A DNA stretch of 64,000 nt. Origin: Erythrobacter sp. (GTDB lineage Bacteria > Pseudomonadota > Alphaproteobacteria > Sphingomonadales > Sphingomonadaceae). Under the pieces are notes generated by a model. That model was given only the letters and a program-made list of their open reading frames with translations. It did no database searches and had not been told where the DNA came from. This document shows, one piece after another, positions 18,604 through 27,773 of the stretch. Each line of letters starts with the position of its first letter. Within the stretch, counting starts at the first letter, position 1. The stretch covers positions 1,863-65,862 of the forward strand of contig PNKW01000005.1 of NCBI GenBank assembly GCA_013822695.1, written 5' to 3'. The position numbers and the translations under genes were made by a program.

Positions 18604-19410
18604 TCAGGACAGCGCGATGTCGGGCGCGTCTTCCTGCTTCATGCCGACGATGTGGTAGCCCGCATCGACATGATGCGTCTCCCCCGTCACGCCCGACGAG
18701 AGGTCGGAGAGCAGATAGAGCCCCGCCCCGCCAACGTCCTCGATCGTGACATTGCGGCGCAGCGGCGCGTTGTATTCGTTCCACTTGAGGATGTAGCGGA
18801 AATCGCCGATCCCGCTCGCGGCGAGGGTCTTGATCGGCCCGGCGCTGATCGCGTTGACGCGGATGTTGCGGGGCCCCAGGTCATTGGCGAGATATTTCAC
18901 GCTGGTCTCCAGCGCCGCCTTCGCGACCCCCATGACATTGTAATGCGGCACGACCTTCTCCGCGCCGTAATAGCTCAGCGTCAGGATCGTGCCGCCGCTT
19001 TCGGGCATCATCGCCGCCGCGCGCTGGGCGATGGCGACCAGCGAATAGGCCGAGATGTTCATGGTGTTGAGGAAATTGTCGAGGCTGGTGTCGACATACT
19101 TCCCGCGCAGCTCGTTCTTGTCGGAATAGCCGATCGCGTGGACCACGAAGTCGATGCTGTCCCAGCGTTCCCTGAGGGTGGCGAAGGCGGCATCGAGTGA
19201 TTCCATCTTCGCCACGTCGCATTCGAAGGTGAAATCGCTGCCCAGTTCCGCCGCGAGCGGGATCACCCGCTTGGCGAGTGCCTCGCCCTGGTAGGAGAAA
19301 GCCAGCTCTGCCCCCTGTTCGGCCAGCTTCTTCGCGATCCCCCAGGCCAGCGACTTGTCATTGGCGAGCCCCATGATCAGCCCGCGCTTGCCGTTCATCA
19401 GTCCAGTCAT
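18604..19410 (-). CDS. fabI: Enoyl-ACP reductase
   Basis: GLIMGLANDKSLAWGIA, YNVMGVAKAALE and AGPIKTLAASGI. Confidence 0.97.
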   Translation of the reverse strand: MTGLMNGKRGLIMGLANDKSLAWGIAKKLAEQGAELAFSYQGEALAKRVIPLAAELGSDFTFECDVAKMESLDAAFATLRERWDSIDFVVHAIGYSDKNELRGKYVDTSLDNFLNTMNISAYSLVAIAQRAAAMMPESGGTILTLSYYGAEKVVPHYNVMGVAKAALETSVKYLANDLGPRNIRVNAISAGPIKTLAASGIGDFRYILKWNEYNAPLRRNVTIEDVGGAGLYLLSDLSSGVTGETHHVDAGYHIVGMKQEDAPDIALS

Positions 19411-20313
19411 TCAAGCCGTCTCCTCTCGGGGATTCTCTGGGCGTGGGGCTTCGTCAGCGTCAGGATCCCGGCCCTCAAGCGCCAAAGCCGCATTCAGTTC
19501 CGCGCCGATAACGAGGCCGAGGCCGACAAGCCAGAAAAACAGCAGCGTCACCACCGCGCCGGCGAGGCTGCCGTAGGTGAGGTCATAGGTGAAGAACCGG
19601 CGCAGCACCACGGGCAGCGCGGCCGCGACCGCGATCCACCAGGCGGTGGTGAACAATGCGCCGGGCCACACCCGCCCCCCGCGCCCCCGCCGGAAGCGCG
19701 CCGGGGTGAGGCTTGCAAACAGGATATAGAGCGACAGCGCGAGGCCCAGCGCGGGCACCAGCCGCGACAGGCTCAGCGCCGAAATCGCCTCGGCCAGCTG
19801 CGGGAAGGCCGCTGCGATCACCTCCTGCGCGGTGCCGATCAGCACCTGCGCGAAGAGCGAGAGCATCAGCAGCACGACCGCGCCGAGAATCAGTCCGATC
19901 GAGCCAAGCCGGTAGCGCCAGAAGGCCCCCTGCGCCGGGGTGCCATAGGCGCGGCGCAGCACCGCGCGGATGGTCTCGATCAGGCTCGATACGGTCCACA
20001 GCCCGACCCCTGCGCCCAGCCACAGCAGCCAGCCCTCGCGCGCATAGACCACCGATTCGGCCACAGGCACGATCACCTTGGCGACCGAATCCGGCAGCGC
20101 CCCCGTGACAGAAAGGATCATCGCCTTGGCATTTGCGCGCCCGCCGATCAGTTCGAACAGCGCCGCGCCGAGGACGAAGAACGGGAAGATCGCCAGCATC
20201 GACAGGTAGGCAAGGTTGCCCGCATGGATGAAGCCGTCATTGAAGGTGTCCTCTGCCACGCGCCACAGCACGGCGCGAGTGCGGGCTAAGGGCCGGGGGG
20301 CGGTATTGGTCAC
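19411..20313 (-). CDS. YihY/virulence factor BrkB family membrane protein
   Basis: AGNLAYLSMLAIFPFF and YDLTYGSLAG; multiple TM segments. Confidence 0.9.
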   Translation of the reverse strand: MTNTAPRPLARTRAVLWRVAEDTFNDGFIHAGNLAYLSMLAIFPFFVLGAALFELIGGRANAKAMILSVTGALPDSVAKVIVPVAESVVYAREGWLLWLGAGVGLWTVSSLIETIRAVLRRAYGTPAQGAFWRYRLGSIGLILGAVVLLMLSLFAQVLIGTAQEVIAAAFPQLAEAISALSLSRLVPALGLALSLYILFASLTPARFRRGRGGRVWPGALFTTAWWIAVAAALPVVLRRFFTYDLTYGSLAGAVVTLLFFWLVGLGLVIGAELNAALALEGRDPDADEAPRPENPREETA

Positions 20314-20322
20314 CGCGGGGTT

Positions 20323-21306
20323 CTACAGCCCGAACTTCTCGCGCGGGCGGGCCGGATCGATCCAGTCTTCGAGCTTGGCTTCGAGCGCTTCGAGATCGGC
20401 GGGGAGCTGGATTTCGATCGTCACCAGCTGGTCGCCGCGTTCGTGCTTGCCCTCGACGAGCTTGCCGTTCTTGCGCGTCCAGCCCTTGCCGGCGAGCCGC
20501 AGCACCGTGCCACTGGAGGTGCCCGGCTTGATCGTCAGCATCACCGCGCCATCGACCGTCGGGCACTTGACCTTGGCCCCGCGCACCGCCTCGTCGAGGG
20601 TGACGGGCAGGTCCATGCGGATATTGTCACCCTCGCGCCGGAAGAAGGGGTGGGTGCCGACCTCGACCAGCACGATCCCGTCGCCATTGCCGCCGGTGCC
20701 GGGATGACCCTTGTCCTTGAGGCGCATCACCGTGCCGTCCTCGACCCCCGCGGGCAGCTTGAGGACGATCGCCTTGCCGTCGGCCAGCGTGATGCGCTGG
20801 TCGCGCCCGGCGGCGGCTTCGACGAAGGGCACCGCGAGGCGGTACTGGATATCGGCGCCGCGCTTGGGCGGAGGCGGCGGAGGCTGGCGACCAAAGCCGC
20901 GCTTGGGTTGCTGCTGGTTCTTGCGCCCGCCGAACAGCCCTTCGAACAGGTCGCCGAGGTCGACGTCATCCGCGCCGAAGCCCTCGAAACCGGGCCCGCC
21001 CGGACCGCCCCCCGACCCTGCGCCATAGGTGCCGCCCCGGCCATAGCCCGGCCGCCCGCCCATGCCCGCGAAGGGGTTGGCGGGATTGCCCTCGGCGTCG
21101 ATCTCGCCGCGGTCATATTGCGCGCGCCTGGCCTTGTCGCTCAGCAGGTCGTAGGCCCGCGTCGCCTCGGAGAACTTCTCTGCGGCCTTGGGATTGTCCT
21201 TGTTGCGATCGGGATGGAGCTCTTTCGCCAGCTTGCGATAGGCGCTCTTGATGTCGGCCTCGGAGGCCGTGCGGGGTATCCCGAGCGTGGCATAAAGGTC
21301 GCGCAT
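20323..21306 (-). CDS. DnaJ class B / CbpA-like chaperone
   Basis: J-domain with HPD, G/F-rich linker and C-terminal domain; no Zn finger. Confidence 0.93.
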   Translation of the reverse strand: MRDLYATLGIPRTASEADIKSAYRKLAKELHPDRNKDNPKAAEKFSEATRAYDLLSDKARRAQYDRGEIDAEGNPANPFAGMGGRPGYGRGGTYGAGSGGGPGGPGFEGFGADDVDLGDLFEGLFGGRKNQQQPKRGFGRQPPPPPPKRGADIQYRLAVPFVEAAAGRDQRITLADGKAIVLKLPAGVEDGTVMRLKDKGHPGTGGNGDGIVLVEVGTHPFFRREGDNIRMDLPVTLDEAVRGAKVKCPTVDGAVMLTIKPGTSSGTVLRLAGKGWTRKNGKLVEGKHERGDQLVTIEIQLPADLEALEAKLEDWIDPARPREKFGL

Positions 21307-21314
21307 GGTGAGTT

Positions 21315-21343
21315 AGCTAGGTGAGACAGTCGTCATGCGCAAG
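21315..21343 (-). promoter_or_regulatory. RpoH (sigma32)-type promoter for the DnaJ-like gene
   Basis: Minus strand CTTGCG-N16-CCTAGCT, compared with alphaproteobacterial CTTG..-N15/16-CCTAT.T; 8 nt before the ATG. Confidence 0.45.
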
Positions 21344-21378
21344 CTTGCGCTGGCGGCAAGCCTCGGCAGCGCACTGTT

Positions 21379-21702
21379 TCAGGACAGGCGGCTGCCGTGG
21401 CGGGCGCGATCCCGCATGCCGAGCAGGCGCCCGGTGATATAGGCAATATAGGGGATCGGAACGAGGATCGCGCCGACCACCAGAAAAGCCACGACGATGT
21501 CGTTCATGCCGTACCCTGCCCACCGGCCCACGGCCTGTGCGCCCATGATGATGGCGATGAAGCGCGCCGCACGGTTGGCGTCGTCCCAGATCCACAGGTG
21601 ATCCCTGAAGCCGCGCCGTCCCATCTTCCAGATTCTCCACCCGCAATAGGCGAGAACTGCCAGCATGAGGCCAAGGCCAAGGATTGCTAAACCTATCTCC
21701 AT
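21379..21702 (-). CDS. Small hypothetical membrane protein (about 3 TM)
   Basis: Hydrophobic segments in MEIGLAILGLGLMLAVLAY..; fills the gap between dnaJ-like and pdxH. Confidence 0.55.
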   Translation of the reverse strand: MEIGLAILGLGLMLAVLAYCGWRIWKMGRRGFRDHLWIWDDANRAARFIAIIMGAQAVGRWAGYGMNDIVVAFLVVGAILVPIPYIAYITGRLLGMRDRARHGSRLS

Positions 21703-21833
21703 GCCGGCAAGTCTAACCGGTTGCGATCCCATCGACAAGGTGGCGTTCCCGACCGCCCGGTGGCTGGCTTGCGGCTTTCCCCGCAGGCCGGGCGTAGCTA
21801 TGGGCGCTTGCAGCCATCGAGGAACCTACGCCC

Positions 21834-22490
21834 ATGTCCGATACCACCCCGCTCGACGATGCCCAGCTGGCCGATTCCGTTCTGCCCGCAGGCGCTGATC
21901 CCTTCGTGCTGTTCGAGGAGTGGTTTGCCGCCGCGCAGGTCGGCGAATTGAACGATCCCAACGCGATGGCGCTCGCCACCGCCACGCCGGGGGGTGCGCC
22001 TTCGGTGCGGATGGTGCTCTTGAAGGGGCACGGAAAAGGCGAAATCGCCGGGGGCGGCTTCACCTTCTTCACCAATGCCGAGAGCCGGAAAGGTGCGCAG
22101 ATCCGTGCCAATATGCAGGCTGCGCTGCTGTTCCACTGGAAGAGCCTGCGCCGCCAGATCCGTATCGAGGGCCCGCTCACCGAGGTCTCGGCGGAACGCG
22201 CCGACGCCTACTTCCACTCGCGCCCCTACAAGAGCCAGGTCGGCAGCGCGGCGAGCGACCAGTCGCGTCCCCTGCCCGAACGCCAGCAATATCTCGACCG
22301 CGTGCAGGCACTCTGGGCCGAACACGAGGCGGAGGGCAAGGTGCCGCGCCCGCCGCACTGGACAGGTTTCACTTTGTCCCCGCAAAGAATCGAATTCTGG
22401 ATCGATCGCGACAACCGGTTGCATGATCGCCGCGAATTCATCCGCTCCGCGCCGGACGCGCCGTGGTCCGACACGCTGCTCTACCCCTGA
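21834..22490 (+). CDS. pdxH: Pyridoxamine 5'-phosphate oxidase
   Basis: PSVRMVLLK, FFTNAESRKG, RQIRIEG and EFWIDRDNRLHDR. Confidence 0.96.
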   Translation: MSDTTPLDDAQLADSVLPAGADPFVLFEEWFAAAQVGELNDPNAMALATATPGGAPSVRMVLLKGHGKGEIAGGGFTFFTNAESRKGAQIRANMQAALLFHWKSLRRQIRIEGPLTEVSAERADAYFHSRPYKSQVGSAASDQSRPLPERQQYLDRVQALWAEHEAEGKVPRPPHWTGFTLSPQRIEFWIDRDNRLHDRREFIRSAPDAPWSDTLLYP

Positions 22491-22503
22491 GGAACCTTCG
22501 AGA

Positions 22504-23298
22504 ATGCCCCAGAAAATCCCCTACTGGCACGTCGACGCCTTCGCTGCGGCCCCCTTCGGCGGGAATCAGGCGGCGGTGATGGTGCTCGAAGAGTGGCTGC
22601 CCGATGACGTGCTGGTGAAGATCGGGGGCGAGAACCTCTTCGCCGAAACCGCCTTCGTGGTGCGCGACCCGACCGGCGCAGCGGATTGGGAGCTGCGCTG
22701 GTGTACCCCGACCTACGAGATCGCGCTGTGCGGCCATGCGACGCTGGCGAGCGGGCACATCCTGCTGACCCGCGACGGCGGCGAGCGGATCACGTTCCGC
22801 ACGCGGAAGTCGGGCATTCTCGAGGTGGTGAAGGCGGACGAGGGCTATGAATTGGCGCTCCCCGCGATCGCAACCGCGCCGGGCGATTATCCCGAGGCGG
22901 TCGCCCTGCTCGGCGCGACCCCGCTCGAAGTGTGGCGCAACGACACGCGCTACAATGTCTTCCTGTTCGAGAACGAGGCGCAAGTCCGCGCGCTCGATCC
23001 CGACCTGCGCGGGTTGGGGGCTCTGGGCACCGACCAGTTCATCTGCACCGCGCCCGGCACCACCACCGACATCGTCAGCCGCGTCTTCGTCCCCGGCGGC
23101 GGGGTGGATGAGGATTCTGTGACCGGATCGGCCCACGCGGTGCTGACCCCGTTCTGGGCCAATCGGCTGGGGCGCGAGAGTTTCACCGCGCATCAGGCGA
23201 GCCAGCGCGGGGGCGACCTCACTCTGCGGCTGGATGGCGACCGGGCATGGCTCGGCGGACCGTGCGTGACTGTGGTGGAGGGCAGCTTCACCCTCTAA
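22504..23298 (+). CDS. PhzF family epimerase/isomerase
   Basis: VDAFAAAPFGGNQAAV, EIALCGHATLA and EDSVTGSAH. Confidence 0.92.
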   Translation: MPQKIPYWHVDAFAAAPFGGNQAAVMVLEEWLPDDVLVKIGGENLFAETAFVVRDPTGAADWELRWCTPTYEIALCGHATLASGHILLTRDGGERITFRTRKSGILEVVKADEGYELALPAIATAPGDYPEAVALLGATPLEVWRNDTRYNVFLFENEAQVRALDPDLRGLGALGTDQFICTAPGTTTDIVSRVFVPGGGVDEDSVTGSAHAVLTPFWANRLGRESFTAHQASQRGGDLTLRLDGDRAWLGGPCVTVVEGSFTL

Positions 23299-23433
23299 CC
23301 CCCCTCCTCTTGAGAGGAGGGGTCGGGGGTGGTGGCGCGGGCCGAAGGCACACACGCGCTGCCGCAGGCACCACCCCGCTGCGACTAGGCAGCAAGCTGC
23401 CAAGTCTCGCGGCCCTCCTCTGAAGAGGAGGGC
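23299..23433. repeat. Palindromic intergenic element, family C
   Basis: Terminal hairpins cccctcctc-ttga-gaggagggg and gccctcctc-tgaa-gaggagggc flank gggggtggtg..caccacccc; lies between convergent genes. Confidence 0.75.
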
Positions 23434-23442
23434 GGATTGGCG

Positions 23443-24588
23443 CTACCTCTCCGGATACAGCTCCAGCACATCCGCCGCCTGTTGCAGCATCGGCGGACGC
23501 TCGGCGCTGTCAGAGTGGCCGAGGCGCACCAGCGTCACCTGCTGGCTCGGCGAGACCAGCACATATTGGCCCATGTGGCCGATCAGGCTGAACAGGCTCT
23601 CGGGCGCGCGCTCGGGGAACAGCGGGTGCTCCTCCGGCGCGCGGCCGGGGATCGGGCGGTTGAGCCAGGTCTGGAAGCCGTAATGCGGACTGCGGGGGGA
23701 GGGCGTCACTATCGCCTCGACCCAGCGCTGGGGCACGAGCTGCTCGCCGCCCGGCGCGCGGCCCTTGCGCCGCAGCATCTCGCCGAGCTTGGCCCAGTCG
23801 CGCGCGGTCGCGTGCATAAGGCTGCCGCCGATCAGCGTGCCGCTCGCGTCGAACTCGGGCACCATGCTGGTCATGCCGAGCGGGCCGAACAGGCGCTGCT
23901 GCAGGTAATCCGCCACTGCCTTGCGCCGCGCCTCGGGCTTGTCGCTTGTCGCGAGCGCCCGCGCGGCAATGTCGGCGAGGATGACGCTGGTGTTGCTCGA
24001 ATATTCGAACTGCTTGCCCGGATCGGCCTCGAGCGGCTGCTCCTCGGCCCACTTGGCCATGTTGTCGCGCCCGTCGAGGAACAGCATCCGCACCTCGGCG
24101 CTTTCGTAAGGCGGATCGCCCGATTCGGTATGGCGCAACCCGCTCCGCATCTGGAGCAGGTGGCGCAGGGTGATCTCGCCGCGCGGATCGCCCTGGCGCT
24201 GCCACAGCGGGACCGGGGCGGGAGCGTCGAGCGCGAGCAGGCCGTCGGCGACCAGCATCCCGATCAGCACGCCGGTCACCGTCTTGGCCATCGACCAGCT
24301 GATGAAGCGCGTGTCCCTGGTGTAGCCCGGCCCGTAGCGTTCGGCGGCGATCTTGCCGTCCGACATCAGCACCACCGCGCGCGTCTCGCCGAGGCCGGGC
24401 TTGGTGAAGAGATCGTCGATCTCGCGCGCCAGCTTGTCCTTCGGCGCGCCGGCATCGTTGGTGACCGCCGCCTTGGCCTCGTCTGTCAGCGGCGGATCGC
24501 CAGCGGGCGCGGTGCCGCATGCGGCAAGCATCAGAAGGGCTGGCGCGAGGGGAAGGGCGCGGTTAAGGACGGCGGCTCGGAGGGTCAT
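23443..24588 (-). CDS. Serine hydrolase (beta-lactamase class C-like), lipoprotein
   Basis: Lipobox LAACG, SWSMAK (SxxK) and FEYSSNTS. Confidence 0.9.
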   Translation of the reverse strand: MTLRAAVLNRALPLAPALLMLAACGTAPAGDPPLTDEAKAAVTNDAGAPKDKLAREIDDLFTKPGLGETRAVVLMSDGKIAAERYGPGYTRDTRFISWSMAKTVTGVLIGMLVADGLLALDAPAPVPLWQRQGDPRGEITLRHLLQMRSGLRHTESGDPPYESAEVRMLFLDGRDNMAKWAEEQPLEADPGKQFEYSSNTSVILADIAARALATSDKPEARRKAVADYLQQRLFGPLGMTSMVPEFDASGTLIGGSLMHATARDWAKLGEMLRRKGRAPGGEQLVPQRWVEAIVTPSPRSPHYGFQTWLNRPIPGRAPEEHPLFPERAPESLFSLIGHMGQYVLVSPSQQVTLVRLGHSDSAERPPMLQQAADVLELYPER

Positions 24589-24623
24589 CGCGCCCTCCTT
24601 CCCCGAAGCATGAAGGCTTGGCA

Positions 24624-24977
24624 ATGGCGAAATCATCCGCATCGGCAGGCAGGCGCTCCCGGACGCGCTGGGGGCTGTGGATGCTCGCGATCATCGCCGC
24701 GCTGGTCGGCACCGCCGCCTTCGCCTTTCGCACCGAGATCGCGGGCTATGGCGCCATTTCCTCGGCCTATTCGGCGCGGGTGGCGTGCTCGTGCCGCTTC
24801 GTCGCGGGCCGCCCGCTGGAGGATTGCGCCAAGGACAAGCTCGCCGGGATGGAGGCCGTGACGCTGGTCGAGGACGTCGAGACAAAGAGCGTCACCGCCC
24901 GCTTCCCGCTGGTCGCCAGCGCGACGGCGACCTACCGCGAGGGCTATGGCTGCGTGCTGGAGCCTTACGAAGGCTAG
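24624..24977 (+). CDS. Hypothetical membrane-anchored Cys-containing protein resembling the N-terminal domain of longer serine hydrolases
   Basis: One TM, then AYSARVACSCRFVAGR...KSVTARF...ATYREGYGCVL. Confidence 0.75.
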   Translation: MAKSSASAGRRSRTRWGLWMLAIIAALVGTAAFAFRTEIAGYGAISSAYSARVACSCRFVAGRPLEDCAKDKLAGMEAVTLVEDVETKSVTARFPLVASATATYREGYGCVLEPYEG

Positions 24978-25008
24978 GCAGTCTTTGTTCGCGGCCACCT
25001 TCGGTGGC

Positions 25009-25096
25009 GCAGACCCCCCGCCCCGCCTCCCCACCCGGCCACCAATGGTACACCATGCTGTGGTGGCCGGGTGGGGAGGCGGGGCGGGAGGTCTGC
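25009..25096. repeat. Long GC-rich hairpin (36-bp arms, 1 mismatch); palindromic element, possible bidirectional terminator
   Basis: gcagaccccccgccccgcctccccacccggccacca / tggtggccgggtggggaggcggggcgggaggtctgc between convergent genes. Confidence 0.85.
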
Positions 25097-25117
25097 GTTC
25101 GCGCTAGCGAACCGAAA

Positions 25118-26287
25118 TCAAGCGTTTACTTTCTCGGTCGAGCCGATCCAGCCGCCGCCGACCACGCGATCGCCCGCATAAATCACCGCCGCCTGCCCCG
25201 GGGCGACCCCGAATTCCGGCTCGGCAAAGCGGATCGTCACGGCGGCGCCGTCTCCGAGTGCGCCTTCAAGAACCACCGGCACCGGCCTGGCGAGGCTGCG
25301 CACCTTCGCGGTCAGCGGCGCATCGGGCAAAGGCCCGATGCGGTTGGTCTCGGTGAGGTGCGCGGCGCTGACCGCGAGCATCCGCTTGGGCCCGACCCGC
25401 ACCTCGCGCGCTGCCGCATCGAGGCCGATCACATAGAGCGGCTCGGGCTGGCCGCCGATCTCGAGGCCCTTCCTCTGGCCCACGGTGAAGTGGACGATGC
25501 CCTTGTGCTCCCCCAAGGTCTCACCGGTCGCGGCATGAACGATGGCACCGGGGGCCGCGCCCTCGGGCCGCACCTTGGTGACGATCCTGGCGTAGTTCCC
25601 ATCGGGCACGAAGCAGATGTCCTGCGAATCCGGCTTGGCCGCGTTGCGCAGGCCCGCCGCCTCGGCGAGGGCACGCACCTGCGGCTTGGGCATCCCGCCC
25701 AGCGGGAAGCGCAGGTAATCGAGTTGCGCCTCGGTGGTGCCATAAAGAAAATAGGACTGGTCGCGCGCCGGATCGTGGGCGCGGTGCAGCTCGACCCCGT
25801 CAGCCGTCATCACCCGGCGGACGTAATGCCCGGTGGCAAGGCAATCCGCTCCCAGTTCGCGCGCCATGCGGAACAGATCGGTGAACTTGGGCCCCATGTT
25901 GCAGCGGATGCAGGGCACCGGGGTGCGCCCCGCGAGATATTCGTCGGCGAACTGTTCGACCACTTCCTCGCGAAAGGCGCTTTCGTGGTCGAAGACGTAA
26001 TGCGCGATCCCCAGCCGGTCGGCCACGGCGCGCGCATCGCGGATGTCGTCGCCCGCGCAGCACGCGCCCTTGCGGCCCGTCGCCGCGCCGTAATCATAGA
26101 GCTGGAGTGTGATCCCGATCACCTCCGCGCCGCTGGCCTGTGCGAGGGCGGCGACCACCGAGGAATCGACTCCGCCGCTCATCGCCACCACGATCCGGCA
26201 TGCGGAGGCCGCGCGCGGCAGATCGAACAGCGCGGCGGCTTCAGCGGGGGCCATCAGGCCGGTGTCGAGGATCTGCGGGAGGGTCAT
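25118..26287 (-). CDS. mnmA: tRNA-specific 2-thiouridylase
   Basis: [36 protein letters not shown] and FTVGQRKGL. Confidence 0.97.
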   Translation of the reverse strand: MTLPQILDTGLMAPAEAAALFDLPRAASACRIVVAMSGGVDSSVVAALAQASGAEVIGITLQLYDYGAATGRKGACCAGDDIRDARAVADRLGIAHYVFDHESAFREEVVEQFADEYLAGRTPVPCIRCNMGPKFTDLFRMARELGADCLATGHYVRRVMTADGVELHRAHDPARDQSYFLYGTTEAQLDYLRFPLGGMPKPQVRALAEAAGLRNAAKPDSQDICFVPDGNYARIVTKVRPEGAAPGAIVHAATGETLGEHKGIVHFTVGQRKGLEIGGQPEPLYVIGLDAAAREVRVGPKRMLAVSAAHLTETNRIGPLPDAPLTAKVRSLARPVPVVLEGALGDGAAVTIRFAEPEFGVAPGQAAVIYAGDRVVGGGWIGSTEKVNA

Positions 26288-26423
26288 GGGCCGGCGCGCA
26301 TATAGCGATGCTCCCCCCTCAGCGCCAGTGGGCGGCAATTGTGCCCTTCCGGCCAGCAATAATCCTAAGCCGGAGTAAATGGCAGTTTTACCGGATTTTG
26401 ACGCACTCGGGTTATCAGAGGGG

Positions 26424-26873
26424 ATGATGTTCGAGAAAACCAAGCCCATCCCTGCGCGTTCCGAAGCGCCGTCCGGCGGGCTCTCCGCCGAGGAGCGGGC
26501 GCTGCTGCGCGCCACCGCCAAAGGCGGCGGGGCAGAGCGATTCGCGCCCCGGCAGGCGCGCCGCAACGGTGAGGCGCTGCGGGCGATGGAGTGGAGCGAG
26601 CTGACCGCAAGACTCAATGCCGCGCGTGACCTGAGGCTCTTGCTGCGCACCGAAAATCAGGCGCCGATCGAAGCCGCCGCCGCCAGCTTCGGCGATGCCG
26701 CGGCAAGCTATTTCGCGCTTCTCGATGAAAGCGAACCTCCCATTAACCCTGATGCTTTAGGTCAATCTAAATATCCGGGTGCGATGGTCGATGACGCCCA
26801 AGCAAATCGCCCGGAGAGAGCGAATGGACACCGTTCCGACGCGCCCCGTGGCGCTGCGAGAGACATGCGATGA
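26424..26873 (+). CDS. Hypothetical protein overlapping sciP by ATGA
   Basis: GAGGG SD, helical segment [20 protein letters not shown], and a 4-nt overlap with sciP. Confidence 0.45.
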   Translation: MMFEKTKPIPARSEAPSGGLSAEERALLRATAKGGGAERFAPRQARRNGEALRAMEWSELTARLNAARDLRLLLRTENQAPIEAAAASFGDAAASYFALLDESEPPINPDALGQSKYPGAMVDDAQANRPERANGHRSDAPRGAARDMR

Positions 26874-27169
26874 TTGAGAATCAGGACTTCCGCCCCGCAC
26901 AGGTGATCGGCCCCCTCGGCGAGCCGCTGACTCTTGCCGACCTGCCTGCGCCCGAAACCAAGCGCTGGGTTGTGCGACGCAAGGCCGAGGTGGTGGCTGC
27001 CGTCAACGGCGGGCTGCTGACGCTCGACGAGGCGCTGGCGCGCTATGGCCTGACGCTCGAGGAGTTCGCCTCGTGGCAGCGCGCGGTCGACCGCTCGGGG
27101 ATGCACGGGCTGCGCGTCACCAAGATCCAGCACTACCGCGATCTCTACGAACGCCAGCTCAAGTACTGA
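26870..27169 (+). CDS. sciP: CtrA inhibitor SciP (DUF1153)
   Basis: VIGPLGEPLTLADLP..TKRWVVRRKAEVVAAVNGGLL..GLRVTKIQHYR; divergent from mnmA. Confidence 0.93.
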   Translation: MIENQDFRPAQVIGPLGEPLTLADLPAPETKRWVVRRKAEVVAAVNGGLLTLDEALARYGLTLEEFASWQRAVDRSGMHGLRVTKIQHYRDLYERQLKY

Positions 27170-27302
27170 CACCCGAAAGCCACAGCCTATCCCCCTGACG
27201 GCCCGCTTCGCCCTTAAGGCGTTGCGGGCTGTCTGCGATTCGCGTCACATTGCGCGCGGGCGTCATAACGGCGCGGCGCAGGAACACGGGGAGCGATGCG
27301 GC

Positions 27303-27575
27303 ATGCTGGGATTTATCTGGTTCATCATCATGGGCGGCGTGATCGGCTGGCTGGCCAGCCTGATGATGCGGCGCGATGCGCAGATGGGCACGTTTGCCAA
27401 CATCGTGGTCGGCATTGTCGGATCCTTCATCGGCAACGGCATACTCGGCTTCATCACCGGCGGCGGGACGATCGGCGCATGGCCGCCCGACTGGTCGGGG
27501 GTGATCGGCGCGCTGATCGGGGCGGCGGTGCTGCTCGGTGCGGTCAACCTGGTCCAGCGCGGACGGATGCGCTGA
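27303..27575 (+). CDS. GlsB/YeaQ/YmgE family stress membrane protein
   Basis: GGVIGWLASLMM..NIVVGIVGSFIG..ALIGAAVLL. Confidence 0.9.
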   Translation: MLGFIWFIIMGGVIGWLASLMMRRDAQMGTFANIVVGIVGSFIGNGILGFITGGGTIGAWPPDWSGVIGALIGAAVLLGAVNLVQRGRMR

Positions 27576-27773
27576 GACCGCTGGTCGCTTCGCCTCCGGC
27601 GCGCCCTTCGTCTACGGAATAAGTCACCGGTCGATGCACGCATTGCGGGCAAGCGCCTGACATTCTATCAGGCGTTGCACTTGGTGACTTAGACGAGTAA
27701 TACACTCCGGCCGGTTTGAGTCACGCAGCAGCGCGGGGGCTGTTGCAGCAGGGTGCGCGCCCCGGGTTAAGGA

